From contig OX597818.1 in the NCBI GenBank assembly GCA_951406725.2, positions 19,344,001 through 19,408,000 on the forward strand: a stretch of 64,000 nucleotides of DNA. The letters run 5' to 3'. Both the position numbers and the translations under genes were made by a program. This document shows, piece after piece, positions 25,136 through 38,339 of the stretch. The stretch comes from Octopus vulgaris (taxonomy: Eukaryota). The notes beneath the pieces are model-generated. The model was not told the DNA's origin, did no database searches, and saw only the letters and a list, made by a program, of their open reading frames with translations. How positions within the stretch are numbered: position 1 is the first letter of the stretch; every line of letters starts with the position of its first letter.

Positions 25136-25718
25136 AATAAATAAACAAAATTATATTAATTTCTTGTTAATTTCTTAATAATACTGACTGCTATTATACG
25201 TCAAAAATGTTTCAGTGACTTAATAACTGACATAACGGTAAATACAGTAACCAGGCCGCAGGGGTGCGACGAAGCATTTTTTTTTTTTTTTTTGGCATTT
25301 CGTAGTAGACAAGTAGCTATTCAAAAATAATAAAAGAAAGTGACTATAATTGTTTTTAAGTGGTTAAAAAATTACTCACCCGCGATATAGTTATTTCGGT
25401 TTCTACATACAATCTCTTTCAAAATAAGTATACCGAACTCTGAAATAATAAGTTGATGCGAAAGAATGCTGGATAATTACCGTAAAATTTCATGTTTGAT
25501 GTATACATTTTCCCATGAAAATCAAGAGCATGATTAATGGCGGGTATAATATAAAGTATTCATATAATGCATTATATTAAGTTTTAAAGACAAATAAAAT
25601 GAAATGCTTCTTATACACATCGCAGCGTATGACATATGAACTTTTATGGTTGTTCTGTTTAGTTGCACGTCCAGAATCCAAGTCCCGTCATTGCTGTCTT
25701 TTTCGCCTTCCATATTTT

Positions 25719-25885
25719 AAGGCAGCGAATTGGCGGAGTCGTTAGTGTGTTGGATAGAATGCCTCCCGGTATTTGTTTCGACACTCAGCATTTAGAGTTC
25801 AAATTCCGCCATGGTCAACTTTACCTTTCAACTTTTTTTTGGAATCGATAATAAAAAAAAAAGTATCAGTCTAGGGCAGTGGATT
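25719..25885 (+). mobile_element. SINE-A, diverged
   Basis: ggcagcgaattggcggagtcgttag...gagttcaaattccgcc. Confidence 0.7.
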
Positions 25886-27024
25886 GACAAAATTGTTAGT
25901 TTCGGACGGGTCATCTTATGGTATCTGCCCCATCACCATGGCACTTCTAACAGGAATTGCGACCGACGGATAGTACCAGCAATTTGAAAAGACCAATGGA
26001 TATATAGTTTCTTTGAGTGATCAAAAGATCGGGTGCCACCACCACCATTAAGTTCTGGCATCAATGTAACAGTGGTGTATCGGGTTCAATTTGCTAGTAT
26101 TGTGTCGATGTGAGGAATCACATATAATGGTAGGATGGTGGTAATTGAAATTGTAGAAGCCTAGACTAAATTCATTACAGTCTTTGGTTTCCTCCTTCTA
26201 GCATAATTTAAACTAACTTTCCTTTGTTATCAAATATCGGTGCTGATCTCAAGGAAAAGGATTTTCAAATTATATTTTTTGCTTTACACGAGCGCAGTAG
26301 GATAGCTGAAACCATAAAGCACCAAGCAAAATGGCGTTCCTCTTGCAAGCTGTTGATAGGGAACAGTCATGACTCTAGTCATGATATAAAACTGTTGAAT
26401 TGGTTCAACGAGGTCAATGCAACGTCAAGATGTTTCCCCCACTTTTGTAAATTCCTTGGATTATCTTATATATAAGAAAGTAAATGCAATATACCATAAT
26501 TGAATTTTTTTTAATCAACAGCAACTGTATGTACCTATATGTTAAACTTGGAGAAGCCCTGCATGTTTTTACTATCTGGCTTGCAGAATGAAGTTTCTGA
26601 AGACTTACTGGATGATTATATTTTTTATCTGAACCTTCCATTGACTGTTTAAACACTTTGTAACATAACCGACTGCGCCTGTAAATATATGTATGCGTGC
26701 TTGCATGTACGAATGAATGCATGCATGTCTATATGGATGTAAGAATGTATGTATGCATGTATGTATTTATGTAAGAATGTATGTATGTATGTATGTATGT
26801 ATGTATGTATGTATGTATGTATGTATGTATGTATGTACTCTCTATTCTCTATACAGCACGCACAGCATGAGAAACTAAAAATTCCATAACTGGAATATAT
26901 TTATGTTTAAATCATTTATTGTCTTCCTGTGGAATGAATCCCACACATGTGCCCCATTTTTAGAATAAAGTGACATATGTAACAAAAGTGCGTTTTCAGA
27001 ATAACTATACCGCGACAGCCTCTC

Positions 27025-27243
27025 TCTTTTACTCTTTCATTCTTTTACTTGTTTCAGTCATTTGACTGTGGCCATGCTGGAGCACCGCCTTTAGTCGAGC
27101 AAACCGACCCCAGGACTTATTCTTTGTAAGCCTAGTACTTATTCTATCGGTCTGTTTTGCCGAACCTCTAAGTTACGGGGACATAAACAAATTAGCATCA
27201 GTTGTCAAGCGATGTTGGGGGACAAACACAGACACACAAACAA

Positions 27244-27337
<94 letters not shown>

Positions 27338-27508
27338 CATATATACGACGGGCTTCTTTCAGTTTCTGTCTACTAAATCCACTCACAAGCCTTTGGTCGG
27401 CCCGAGGCTATAGTAGAAGACATTTGCCCAAGGTGCCACGCAGTGGGACTGAACCCGGAACCATGTGGTTCGTAAGCAAGCTACTTACCACACGGCCACT
27501 CCTACGCC
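27025..27508 (-). mobile_element. SINE-B, full length
   Basis: Reverse complement of 9040-9464. Confidence 0.92.
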
Positions 27509-27946
27509 TATAAAAAAAAAACTATCGCAGCACATTTTTTGGCCTGCCGTCTTACCCCTGCTCTACCATCCATAGCCACTGCTTAACTTTCCTGTTCGAC
27601 CAGAATCAAAAGATCATAATTACAGAAAAAAAAACACTGCTTTATTTATTATAAGGAAACATTTAAGTATCGATTACATTTGGACGAAATACTCTTTAAA
27701 ATAGATACAATCAAAATCAAATATCTAATCGTATCTATGTATGTTCTAATTTAATTTTCCAAAATATACATGCAGGGATGTATGTATGCTAAAATAACAA
27801 GTAAACAACAGGCATCATGTACTAGAATAGTACATGGTACTATCATTACTGTTTTATAGTATATAATAGTATAAAAATAAAACACTATTAAATGTGTTTG
27901 TAATGTATATATATCATTGAAGATATACATTGAGCGCTGCTCTGTA

Positions 27947-28114
27947 GAGCAAGCAGTGGCTGTGTGGTAAGTAGCTTGCTTACGATCCACATGGTCCCGG
28001 GTTCCTTCCCACTGCGTGACACCTTGGGCATTGTCTTCTACCATAGCCACGGGCCGCCCAAAGCCTTGCGAGTGGATTTGGTAGACGGAAACTGAAAGAA
28101 GCCCGTCATATATT

Positions 28115-28179
<65 letters not shown>

Positions 28180-28389
28180 GTGTTTATGTTTGTGTGTCTA
28201 TACTTGTCTCCCCAACATGTCTTGACAACCGATGCTAGTATGTTACGTCCCAGTAACTTAGCGGTTCGGCTAAAAAGACTGATAGGATAAGTGTTAGGCT
28301 TGCAAAGAATAAGTCCTGGAGTCGAATTGCTCGACTAAAGGCGGTGCTCCAGCATGGCCACAGTCAAATGACTGAAACAAGTAAAAAGA
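27947..28389 (+). mobile_element. SINE-B, full length
   Basis: Aligns to 9040-9464. Confidence 0.92.
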
Positions 28390-29538
28390 ATTAAAAAAAA
28401 AAAGAGTACTCAGTTAAAGCCATTTTCCAACATTTGCTTCGCTAGTGCCCTCGAGAAAGGTTCAAATATCTCTGCTATCATGTGTTTATAAGCCTTTTGT
28501 GCTTAGTCATGAAGAGACCGCCATTAATCGAAATTACCGTTTCAATTCATTGGCGGAATGGCTTGAATAGCCATTTAGATTGTTTTTCTTTTACTTTTAG
28601 AAATACTTAGAAAACGTAGCTTCCAGACAAAGGTAGGTTGCGGATCAACACGTAACTTTGTATAGCCTAAGGCTTGGCACTCGACAGTGTAAATTCAAAT
28701 TCGTATCTGGTGGCTGGAATGTGCCTATGTTTGCATTGCATTCCAAAGATATATAGGTAAAAAATGGAATTCTTTCTCCGACATTTACCCAGACAAATGG
28801 TCAATGACGTAAATAGATCATTAGCAGCCTATCACTTCGCATTATTTTCATATATCTCAACGAACATAAAACAGAGACTATCAAGAGGTTTTTGAAGCCT
28901 GCTGCGCTGTTTATTTAATAGAAAACGTGTGTGTGTGTGTGTGTGTGTGAATATATGTGTGAACTAGTGTGTATTAACTACATAAATATCAGATTTTTCA
29001 ACAGCTGGTTAATGCAATCTATATTAAATATATTTTAAGTAATAACGTTGCTTGATGTCAAGATTCTCTACTCGACACTCTCAGATATATATTTTTATTT
29101 TCAAAATTTCAAATTGTGTTTCAACATCCGAATAAGTTCCTTTAGCTCCTTAAATGTTCCTGTTGAAATATTTTGGTTGATTCATTTTTCTTTGCCTCTT
29201 GAAACTCTTCTAGATTTCATGAAGAACTGTATATATACTTCAAGGATATAGATAATAGTGAACTACTTCTATTGTTGGACACCAGGACTTCCTTGTGTGA
29301 GCAGTCCTGTGATAAAAGGTTTTACAGTTGACAGGGGTTTTTTTTCTCTTTCAAGCAGTATATTTGGGACAATATTATTCACTATATCATTTCCCTTTTT
29401 CAAAATGATGGAAAATGATTTAAGGAAGATTTAGACTACTATTTCCGGTAGGTTGACTAAATCACCGCGTCTCCCTTGTTGACTCGTACATTGCTTAAGA
29501 CTGACGTTTTCTAAATAATGATAATATATACAAAAGCG

Positions 29539-29905
29539 CCGTAGGCATGGCTGTTCTGGGTTCAGTCCCACGGCGTGGCACCTTGGGCAAGTGTCGTCTA
29601 CACTATCCTCAAGTCGGCCAAAGCCTCGTAAATTCCACAAAGCTTTGGCCGAATTAAGACGGAAACTGAAAGAAGCCTGTTGTTTATATATGTGTGTTTA
29701 TGTTTGTTCCCCACCATCACCACCACCACTTGATAGTTAGTGTTGGTTTGTTAACGCCCCTTTAACTTAGCGGTTTGGAAAAAGATATCGATAGAATAAG
29801 TACCAAACTTAAAAAAAAAAGAATCGGAGTCGATTTGTTCGACTAAATCTTTCGGAGCAGTGTCCCAGCATGGTCGCAGTCCAATGAAATAAGCAAAAGA
29901 TATAA
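29539..29905 (+). mobile_element. SINE-B with a small internal inversion
   Basis: accttgggcaagtgtc; tcggccaaagc...gctttggccga replaces gagtggatttggt. Confidence 0.8.
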
Positions 29906-30455
29906 AAACCGAACCGTCTCGAATCACTTATGGAGTTTCAAATATATTTAAATACATTATTTCTCACTTGACGATGACAAGTCGCTACGAGACTCTCTTT
30001 AACGACTTATCAAAAAAAAAAAAAGCAATTTACAGAAAGCTTTTCGGTTGCTAAGCGACACAACGTGTGCAGGAAATTTATTAATACTGTTCAAATTTCC
30101 GTTCAAGGCCACTGAATGAGAAAACATATAAAGCAATGTCTTATACATGCATCATGACATTTAAGTGGGTGAATAACCATATATTTGTTTTACGAAAAAC
30201 AAAAATCTTAAAAGAAACACGTTCACTTAGAGATTTCTGTTTCGTAGTTATTCTCCAAAACATATAAATTTATTCCTTCACTCACACACACACACTCGTT
30301 TTATACATACTGTACATATATTAGAGAGAGAGAGAGAGAGAGAGAGAGTGAGAGAGACTAGTTCAATGATATACATAATTATGATAGTGAATTACTGCTA
30401 TTACGAAACTGCAAGACTTCCTTGAGTAAGCAACCCTACATACGTAGACGCGCAT

Positions 30456-30510
<55 letters not shown>

Positions 30511-30519
30511 TTGTTTGTT

Positions 30520-30561
<42 letters not shown>

Positions 30562-30564
30562 CGT

Positions 30565-30782
30565 TTATCTTCTACTTGTTTCAGTCATTAAAATGCGCCC
30601 ATGCTGGGCGCATTCTAATGCACCCTTGAAGATTTTAGCCGAACGAACCGGCTCCTGTATTTAAATTTTGAACCTCAAACTTATTCTATTGACCTCTTTC
30701 GCCGAACCGCTAGATACGAGACGTAAACACACCTACACCGGTTGTCAAGCAACGATGAGGGACAAACACAGAGACAAAGACA
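30565..30782 (-). mobile_element. SINE-B 3' half
   Basis: cttgtttcagtcatt...ggttgtcaagc..gggacaaacac. Confidence 0.75.
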
Positions 30783-30811
30783 TACGCATACGCACGTACG
30801 TATGGTACGTA

Positions 30812-31019
30812 CGAGGAGGTGCTACAAAGTTCCAGGCTTTGGGTAAAAGAAAATTGAGGAGGATCAGTTAATTTTACAACATATTTCCCTCTAAAATTAT
30901 ACACTTATTGCAGTGGTCCTTCTGTTTTTCTAAACCCTGTTAAAGAACTCGGGAAGTTGGGTCTCCAGCCAAGCCTTTCGCGATACTCTTAAAGGCAGGA
31001 ACTTTTCAGCACCCCTTCG
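30812..31019. mobile_element. Mariner-type MITE
   Basis: TIRs cgaggaggtgctacaaagttccaggcttt / aaaggcaggaacttttcagcaccccttcg, preceded by TA. Confidence 0.7.
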
Positions 31020-31034
31020 TGCATATATATATAT

Positions 31035-31228
31035 GCCATGTTGGATCGTTAGCCCCTACACGCAATTTTTTTCTCTCCTTGTTTCTTTTCTGTGTATCTT
31101 TCTGTTGAAGAGCGTAGGCTCGAAACGTAAAAGACTTGTTTTATTTCTATTCCTGAGCGCCATACTAATACATTATTTGTTTGTACTCCATCTGCCTTCG
31201 TCTTTTGTTTATTTTCGTAAACCTTCCG

Positions 31229-31230
<2 letters not shown>
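31035..31230 (+). mobile_element. Penelope-like non-autonomous element (CUGUUGA hammerhead family)
   Basis: Aligns to 18014-18263 and 250-328; inserted in (TA)n. Confidence 0.6.
31097..31134 (+). ncRNA. Minimal hammerhead-like motif with variant core CUGUUGA
   Basis: tcttt-CTGTTGA-a-gagc(gtag)gctc-GAAA-cg-T-A-aaaga; 5-bp stem I, palindromic ACGT stem III, GUA site. Confidence 0.55.
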
Positions 31231-31301
<71 letters not shown>

Positions 31302-31523
31302 AAATATTCAAACACTGAGATTTGAAATCAGATGTCACTACTGTTCATATCATCTGTGGATAAATTTTTAATTTGATGATATCACCAGCAGTGACATAGA
31401 TGGATCGCAGGTGCAATAGCATTAAATAGCTATGAATTATAAATTTGTACGAAGCGTTAGAATGCTTAACAAGCATCCACCTGCTAGAAATAAGCGCTAT
31501 ATATGTATATGCATGTATGTATA

Positions 31524-31676
31524 TACGTTGGGCTTCTTTTAGTTTCCGTCTAATAAATTCACTCACAAGGCTTTGGTTAGCCCGAGGTTATAGTAGAAGA
31601 CACTTGCCCAAGGTGGCAGGCCCGGAACCATAAAGTTGGGAAACAATCTTCGTACCACACGGTCACGTCTGTACCT
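31524..31676 (-). mobile_element. SINE-B 5' half
   Basis: gggcttcttttagtttccgtct...cacttgcccaaggt. Confidence 0.8.
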
Positions 31677-31739
31677 ATATATACTTAATAAACCACAGCC
31701 GTCATTCGCAAGTAAATGTGATTTGGTTGCATGTACTAT

Positions 31740-32020
31740 GCTTCCGTTTATTAATTTAGGTGCCTTTGTCGCGAACAGACATAGGCACACTCAAGGCCTT
31801 CCCACTCATGAACTCCTGAACATCCAATATATGACAGCTGGAGAGACAGAGGGCCGCACCCGCACTCGAATGGTACTTATTTCAGCTGAGTTGGCCAGAG
31901 AAACGTAAAATCAAGTGCATTGTCTAAGGTCGCAATATTCCACTCTGGTTTCAGGAATCGAAAGTACGTTCCCATGAGTATGAGCCCAAAACCCATAACC
32001 ACTATGCCACGCGATTTCAC
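31740..32020 (-). mobile_element. SINE-C-like, diverged
   Basis: ttcagctgagttggccagag...caggaatcgaa...taaccactatgccacgc. Confidence 0.5.
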
Positions 32021-32214
32021 TTTCGACATAATATAAATTACTAAACATTTATTTATTGAATACTGTCTTAGGTTCCTGCCAAGAAATTAATTACTTGATG
32101 TGTTTTGAAAGAGTATACATTGATAGCTCTAATTACAACTGTTACTGTGTTCGTTGATGCACTTCGTAGTGTAATTAGTAATGCTGTACTGCGGTTAAAT
32201 GTGGAGCCGAATTC

Positions 32215-32462
32215 TTCGGCTCACTATAGTAAGGTCGTCGTGAGTTCGATACCCGCTAGTACGTTGTGTTCTTGAGCAAGACACTTTATTTCACGTTGCT
32301 CTAGTCCACTGAGTCGGGAAAAACGAGATGTACCTGTTTTTCAACTTGAAAACTACGTTAAGTGTACGCGTGTCAGTGGAGTGCTCTTCCACTTGCACGA
32401 GCAAGCTGTTCTGTTGATCGGATCAACTGGAACCCTAGTCGTCTTAACTGATGGAGTGTCAG
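32215..32462 (+). mobile_element. SINE-C variant
   Basis: gagttcgatacc, tgtgttcttgagcaagacactttatttcacgttgctctagtccact. Confidence 0.7.
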
Positions 32463-32682
32463 TTCGAGTATACTTAATCTGGAAAATTCGGGTCGACGTG
32501 CTTCCAGAGACACGTCATGTCCTGAGATGCGTGTGGTTGCATGTATGTGCGTATGTATAGCAATGAGTTAGAGGATCTGTATGTTTTGGGAGAATTAAAA
32601 CCTAGAAAAATATCACATAGATCTCTAAATTAACGAATTTCTTATTAAATTTTGTTTTGTTAAAAGAAATATATGGTTAAAG

Positions 32683-32937
32683 TAGTTGTATACTGTCAAC
32701 TTAATGTGACAGTCCCATGAAAGGAATAATACTACTGCTATTTAGCCCTAGGAAGCAGCAACGCTTCCTGTCGGTCTTGACACATTTCCTGTGTCCTTAT
32801 GTTTGCAAGGAGGAGATAAGCATCTCCACCCAGCTAAGCCTGCACCCAGAGACTAGTTTCTGAGTCTTTGCTCGTCATCAGTCTGGAGTAGCATGGCCTG
32901 CTAGTTGGAGATGTCTATCTAGCTCTTGCAAACATAT
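32683..32937 (-). mobile_element. Hammerhead-containing ~255-bp element, copy 2
   Basis: Reverse complement is colinear with 1343-1600. Confidence 0.75.
32845..32887 (-). ncRNA. Type I hammerhead ribozyme motif
   Basis: Minus strand tccaga-CTGATGA-c-gag(caaaga)ctc-a-GAAA-ctag-T-C-tctggg; GUC site, palindromic ACTAGT stem III. Confidence 0.75.
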
Positions 32938-33239
32938 AAGAATTCCAGTATATGGAATATATGGTGGTACGCCTTAAATGCCAAACATGCATATATAAGG
33001 CATTGTTTTGTAGATTATTTGATTCATTGGCCGTTAAAGAACGTCTGAACCGCATTAAAAAAGTTTTCTTATACGTTGTGTCATTTAGTAATTGAAAAGT
33101 TTTCAGAAAATAAGAATTGAGGGAAAATATCGTTAAACGAAGTCACCTAATAAGAAATCATCGTTAAACGAGAGAAAACCTTCTTAAAGTATATATTTGA
33201 TACTCCTTACAAAATTCGAGACAATTCCACTTTTATAGA

Positions 33240-33650
33240 TAATGCTTAGAGCATCGTAAGAAATGCCATGCAGTATTTGCTCCGGTTCTTTACTTTCTAA
33301 GTTCAGATCCCATCGGATTCAACTTATCTCATCATCTCTCCGAGGTCGATAAAATAAAATACTAGTAAAATATGCAGGTTGACTTAATCGACTGATCCTT
33401 GCCCCAGGAAATCTGAGGCTTTGAGTCTATGTTAGAAACAACTGTTACTATTAAAAGGTGGTGAAAGGCGGCGAGCTGGCAGAAACGTTAGCACGCCGGA
33501 CGTAATTCGTCTGTCTTTACGTTCTGAGTTCAAATTTCGCCGAGGTCGACTTTGCCTTTCGGAGTCGATGAAAGAAGTAACACTACGGTAGATGTAAACG
33601 GTTAGTCTCCCCCTTCAAAATTCCAGGCTTTGTGCCTACAGCGGAAAATA
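33240..33650 (+). mobile_element. Two tandem SINE-A copies (33240-33440 diverged; 33467-33650)
   Basis: Core motifs gttcaaatttcgccgaggtcgactttgcc and gaggtcgataaaataa. Confidence 0.7.
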
Positions 33651-34189
33651 TTATTAAAAGGTGGTGCACTGGCAGGACATGTTTAACTAGTCTATAGAAA
33701 ATGACGTTTGTCTAAGATGCCGCTCACAAGAATCGATCACAGGTCATTGTGGTTGCGAAGTCAACTTCATAACCATTTAGCCAAGCTGCACTAAAAATAT
33801 GTGTGGGGGTGGGTAGAGTCTTTCCCTTGCTATTTTTCTTGCTGATTTTCTTCTAAATTATTCAGACCCTCTCACTCTCTGTCTGAGGTTGAGCTAATTT
33901 CCCAATTTCTCTTTTCTTTACCCCACTCATCCCACCCTCAACTAGCACCAACGCAGTTGTTTAATCATGAATAACAATTACTATCAATCCTATCTAACTC
34001 CACTTTTAAGTGGACCAACGTTTAATAAAGCTGAAAATGTACCACCTGCTGTGCCAAATGTCATAAACCAAAGAGATAAAAACTTATTTTGAAGTAACTC
34101 ATAAAGCATTTATTTTTTATTGAAAATATACTCCAGTAACAATTCTCGGTGACTAATGTAGCAAAACTGAATATGACATTAAACTGCAA

Positions 34190-34720
34190 CCAGCAGTGAG
34201 GCCCCAGTAACAAATTCTGGAGTTGTGAGGAGCGCGGATCACCCCCTTAATTACCATCACTCCGAGATCCGTTCTGACCCGGAACAGTAGTACTTGCCAG
34301 GATCCTGTTTATGGGTTAAATCAGTAGTTTTCAATCGAGGTCCATATGGCCCATCAGGGTCCATATAAGATTTTGGGGGTCCAAGCAACAAAATAGAAAA
34401 TTGGGGAGCTACAATAGTATTTTAAGGGCCCCTGAAAAAATTTTGCTTTAGGTGCATGTATTGGTATGTATTTCAAAAAACACCCTAGGTTTCTTTAACA
34501 TTTTATATAGTTCAACCTGCACAAGTTAATCTTTGAAAAACAAAAAAGGAATTTTGAAAGAGGTTATTATAAAACTAGTTTTTAAACATTGAATGGCTAT
34601 GGTGGGGTGTATAGTTAAAAAAATGTTGAGAAACTCTGGATTAAATAGATTTTTGTAAGGGTAGATTGAACTCCTAAGCTGCGGTGAAAGTAATCAGTCT
34701 AGGAAAAGGAAAACTCCAAA
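34190..34720 (+). mobile_element. Short retroposon-like repeat split by a hAT MITE
   Basis: ctgacccggaacagtagtac is shared in reverse with 62665-62700; resumes after the MITE with cagtctaggaaaaggaaaactc. Confidence 0.45.
34322..34638. mobile_element. hAT MITE
   Basis: TIRs cagtagttttcaa / ttgagaaactctg; 8-bp TSD ggttaaat / gattaaat; related copy at 42151. Confidence 0.75.
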
Positions 34721-35867
34721 ATTAATAGACACTTCTAACATGTCCTTAGACAGCACAGAAGAGTATATGGCTGATAAAACTAACATGAGGTATGTCCAAT
34801 AATATAGATTAATACTATGGAGCCAATTATCTCATGTTAGCTAGAATGACGAGCATTATTGAAAAATACTACTATAAGACGGATGATCAAAATCATTTCG
34901 TTGAATTTTTTACGTTGCGTCCTTGAAGAACTAAAAGAAAACAAAATTGCCTTGACCACAGCTCTATAAATTGTAGCGTAGGATATAAGGTTTTTTGTAT
35001 GTAAGTTTATTAAATGTTGGCGAAAATATTTTCTTACGCTATCAAAATGAAAGTAATTCTTGAGAATGTGATGACTGAGTAAGTTATTGTTAGTATTGTG
35101 ACGTAATCAAAACTGGGGTTTGGATTTGCTTGTTGTGCTACATTCCTGGCTTTAACGTATATTAATTTACATGTTGGCCTTCCTAAAACTGTAAAAGTAG
35201 AGCTTTTGTTGATACCAGAAAATGGAAACTGCTAGCGCATGAAGGTGTCAACCATCTCAAATAACGAGACAGCTTGAGTGGAGAAATTATTCGAGTATAG
35301 GTATGTACTGTTCCGCGATTGCGTTTGTGAAAAGTCGGGGAATAAGAGTGGGGAGATAGAAACAAACTTTAGACACTGCATATCATTACTGGTGTCGGGT
35401 GTAGTATTGGTTGTTGAGGTGATTATATCGCTGAAGCCAGTTGAAATCTTTCAGTTTACCCGAGATAATTACTAAATGATATGTACATTTCTATCTTATA
35501 TGCGCGTCTATGTTAATTGTCTGTACTTCAGCTGGTTAAAACATGATAGTCCAGAGAGAAAAAGAAGAACGTGATTACAAGAAACACCCGTTGTATTGTT
35601 AATACTAAACACATCAACATTTCTTTGCCAAGTATATTATTTTCACATGTCGACATTTATTAAATTGTTTTACCAGATTTGTAGCTTTGTGGAGATAATC
35701 ATGATGGATCCAGCTTTTAACGTGTCATACTTCTATGTACTTTTAATTGATATGTGTGTGTGTGTGTGTTTAGGACATTGTAGAGAAGAAGATAAGCTTT
35801 TATGGAGTCATGATTGTATCTTGGTTTTGACTCCTGATCGTAGTCATATCATTCATGCTGTTTAGAT

Positions 35868-36143
35868 CAGTGGTTCTCAGACTGACAAATACCAGCACCC
35901 CCACCGAAAAAGAAAATGTTCGTAAGATTTTCAACTCCCTCACTGAACCCACTACTCTATTAATGAAAAGATCGTATAGAGTTTGATTCGTATAATCCTT
36001 CTTTCTTCGCCATGATGTTGGAAATTCGAAATATCTAAAACCTCCATTATTTATTAAACATGGCAATCTGTTCCTTTTTTTTTTTCAGACCCCTTTTTTT
36101 GCCTTCTTTCTTTTAAAGCATCCTGCCGCTCTGAGAAACATTT
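35868..36143. mobile_element. hAT-like MITE
   Basis: TIR-like cagtggttctcaga / tctgagaaacatt; no clear TSD. Confidence 0.45.
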
Positions 36144-37605
36144 AGTCTTGATAAAGTAATAAGTAGTAATTTTTATCATATCTAGAGATATTAGTCTTCC
36201 TAGAGATGGCACTTAAAAACATTCTTTTAAAATCTATTTCAAAGTGGTCTTGTAATAGAATAATGGCAGACCTTGTTCTGAAACATATGCTTTGAAAAGA
36301 AAAAGAAAAAAGTATAACAACAAATGTACACACATATACTCTGTTCACTTGGAAAATCAGCTATTTAAATTCAGCTCATATATCATGTCTGATAATACTG
36401 ACTTAGGGGGAAAATACTTAGTTTAAAACAAGGTGGATTAATAAAAATTTGTGTGATTTTGTCTTTTCACAGAATGCGATATACTGAATAAAGATTGATT
36501 GATAACTTAAGCTAACCTTTGAGCATGTCCTCGGTTGGTTGGCGAAAAGTGAACCTTTAATTAGTTTCAAAAATAGGATGCGATTAGATAACATATGGTG
36601 GGCAGTCCTGTTGCTCATTTGGTTATTGGACAGCTGTATTGAAAGAGAGATGTTGAGTTTAATTGGATTGACTATTCTCTAAGCAATTAATTGTTGGAGT
36701 CCTGCTGACTTCAATACCTAGACAAAACTCATATGAAACTTTTTCAATTTAAACTTGCAATCTAAAACAAAACAAAACAAAAAGGCTTTAATGAGTCAGT
36801 TGCCGAAAATATATATATATATATATATATATTAATGGAGTATAGTTTTAATAACTCATCAAGTGAATTACCATTTCGGATATTTAGGTCGATAGATATT
36901 TCCTCACAAAAATGCTTTCATGGGCCAAATTCTGTATCGTTGATCAAACAGGACCGACATGAGTTTCCTAACAGCACAAGAACAGCAATTATAAAAATTG
37001 TAACAACCTTCTGTAATATGAGTTCGTCTAATAACTGAAGCTATTTCAAAGAAATTCTTTTGAATGGCATTGATCAGCAATTTGGTAAAATTCCAATAGG
37101 TCTTGCCAAGCGGATCTCTCTTGGTAGCGTCTAACACTATATTGCTTAATCATTTATGTTTTGATTACAGCTATGAAAGTTACCTGGAACGTAAATTACA
37201 GAAATTATAGTTACAATACATGCTACTACAATTCGGAATTAAACAATTAAACAGTGATTTTACACAGACAGATGTAATTACTACATTTCTCTTCCAAATC
37301 CGTGTAATAAATATTATGAGTGTGTTCCGGTGACATTTTCTAAGAAAACGAAAATGAGGAAAATTCATTTTGCATGTCTTTTTATGCTTAAATGAAACTT
37401 ATGCTTAAATGAACTTCTGCTGCGTTACTAGTCTGGCTATCATGTGAAACACGTATATTTGTACAGTAAAATATAGTAACTATTTCCAACATATATCATG
37501 ATGAACTTTTCATAATTATGTAATTTACATATATCCTCCGTAATTTTGAAGGTATTTTCGGTGGATTGATTATTCTGTATTTTCTTTATCGAGACACCAG
37601 GCAGT

Positions 37606-38075
37606 GGAGTGACAATAGAAAAGCTAGAGTGTCAGACAAAATATCGTGCGGTATTTGATCAGGCCGACTTTTTGCGTTTTGAATTCGTATCTCAACAAGG
37701 CCAGTTTTTCTTTCCATCCTGCTGAAGTTGATAAAGTAAAAGAAAAGTATTGGGAGCTGCTGCGATCGACTTCCCTTCACCGAATTTCTGGCATAGCGCC
37801 TATGCTAGGAATTATTATTGAACTTAGTAATAATAATGACTTCTTACATATGTACAAAGCCTCAATTTTGGGGCAAAGAAAAAGTCGATTATATCGACCC
37901 CCCCACCCCAGTGGTTGACTAGTACTTTATTTGTTTTGTTGTTTTGTTGTTTTATTGTTTTTTTTCTTCAAGAATTGAAAATCTAAAATACCAGTAAAGT
38001 ACTGGAGTCGATATTATTAGCTCTTCCTCCTCCTCACCCCCCAATCTCAGGCCTTATGCTTATGTTAGAAACGAT
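37606..38075. mobile_element. Cluster of decayed SINE-A fragments (both strands)
   Basis: tttccatcctgctgaagttgataaa; aagtcgattatatcgacccc; caggccttatgcttatgttagaaac. Confidence 0.5.
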
Positions 38076-38339
38076 TTAAGTTCATAAGAAAAGAGAACTT
38101 GTCTAAAAGAAGTTTTTCCCTTTGTATTGTAACTTTATATGACGTTGTAAGGCTTTATAATAGATATTTGTTTATGCAAAGACGACAAATACTGAAACAT
38201 ACAGACACACCAAGCATATTACATTCATGTAATATAAAATATCACTGTTCTGTTCTCACGCACTTGTGAATATTATCGGAATCGTTGAATATAACAGATT
38301 TCATTTTTATTGTCATCAAAACCAACCAGCTAGAGAGAC

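Noticed and set aside
29212-29332. Possible exon after ttctag (FHEELYIYFKDIDNSELL...)
   Set aside because: Short, ends in a stop, no recognisable motif and no partner exons
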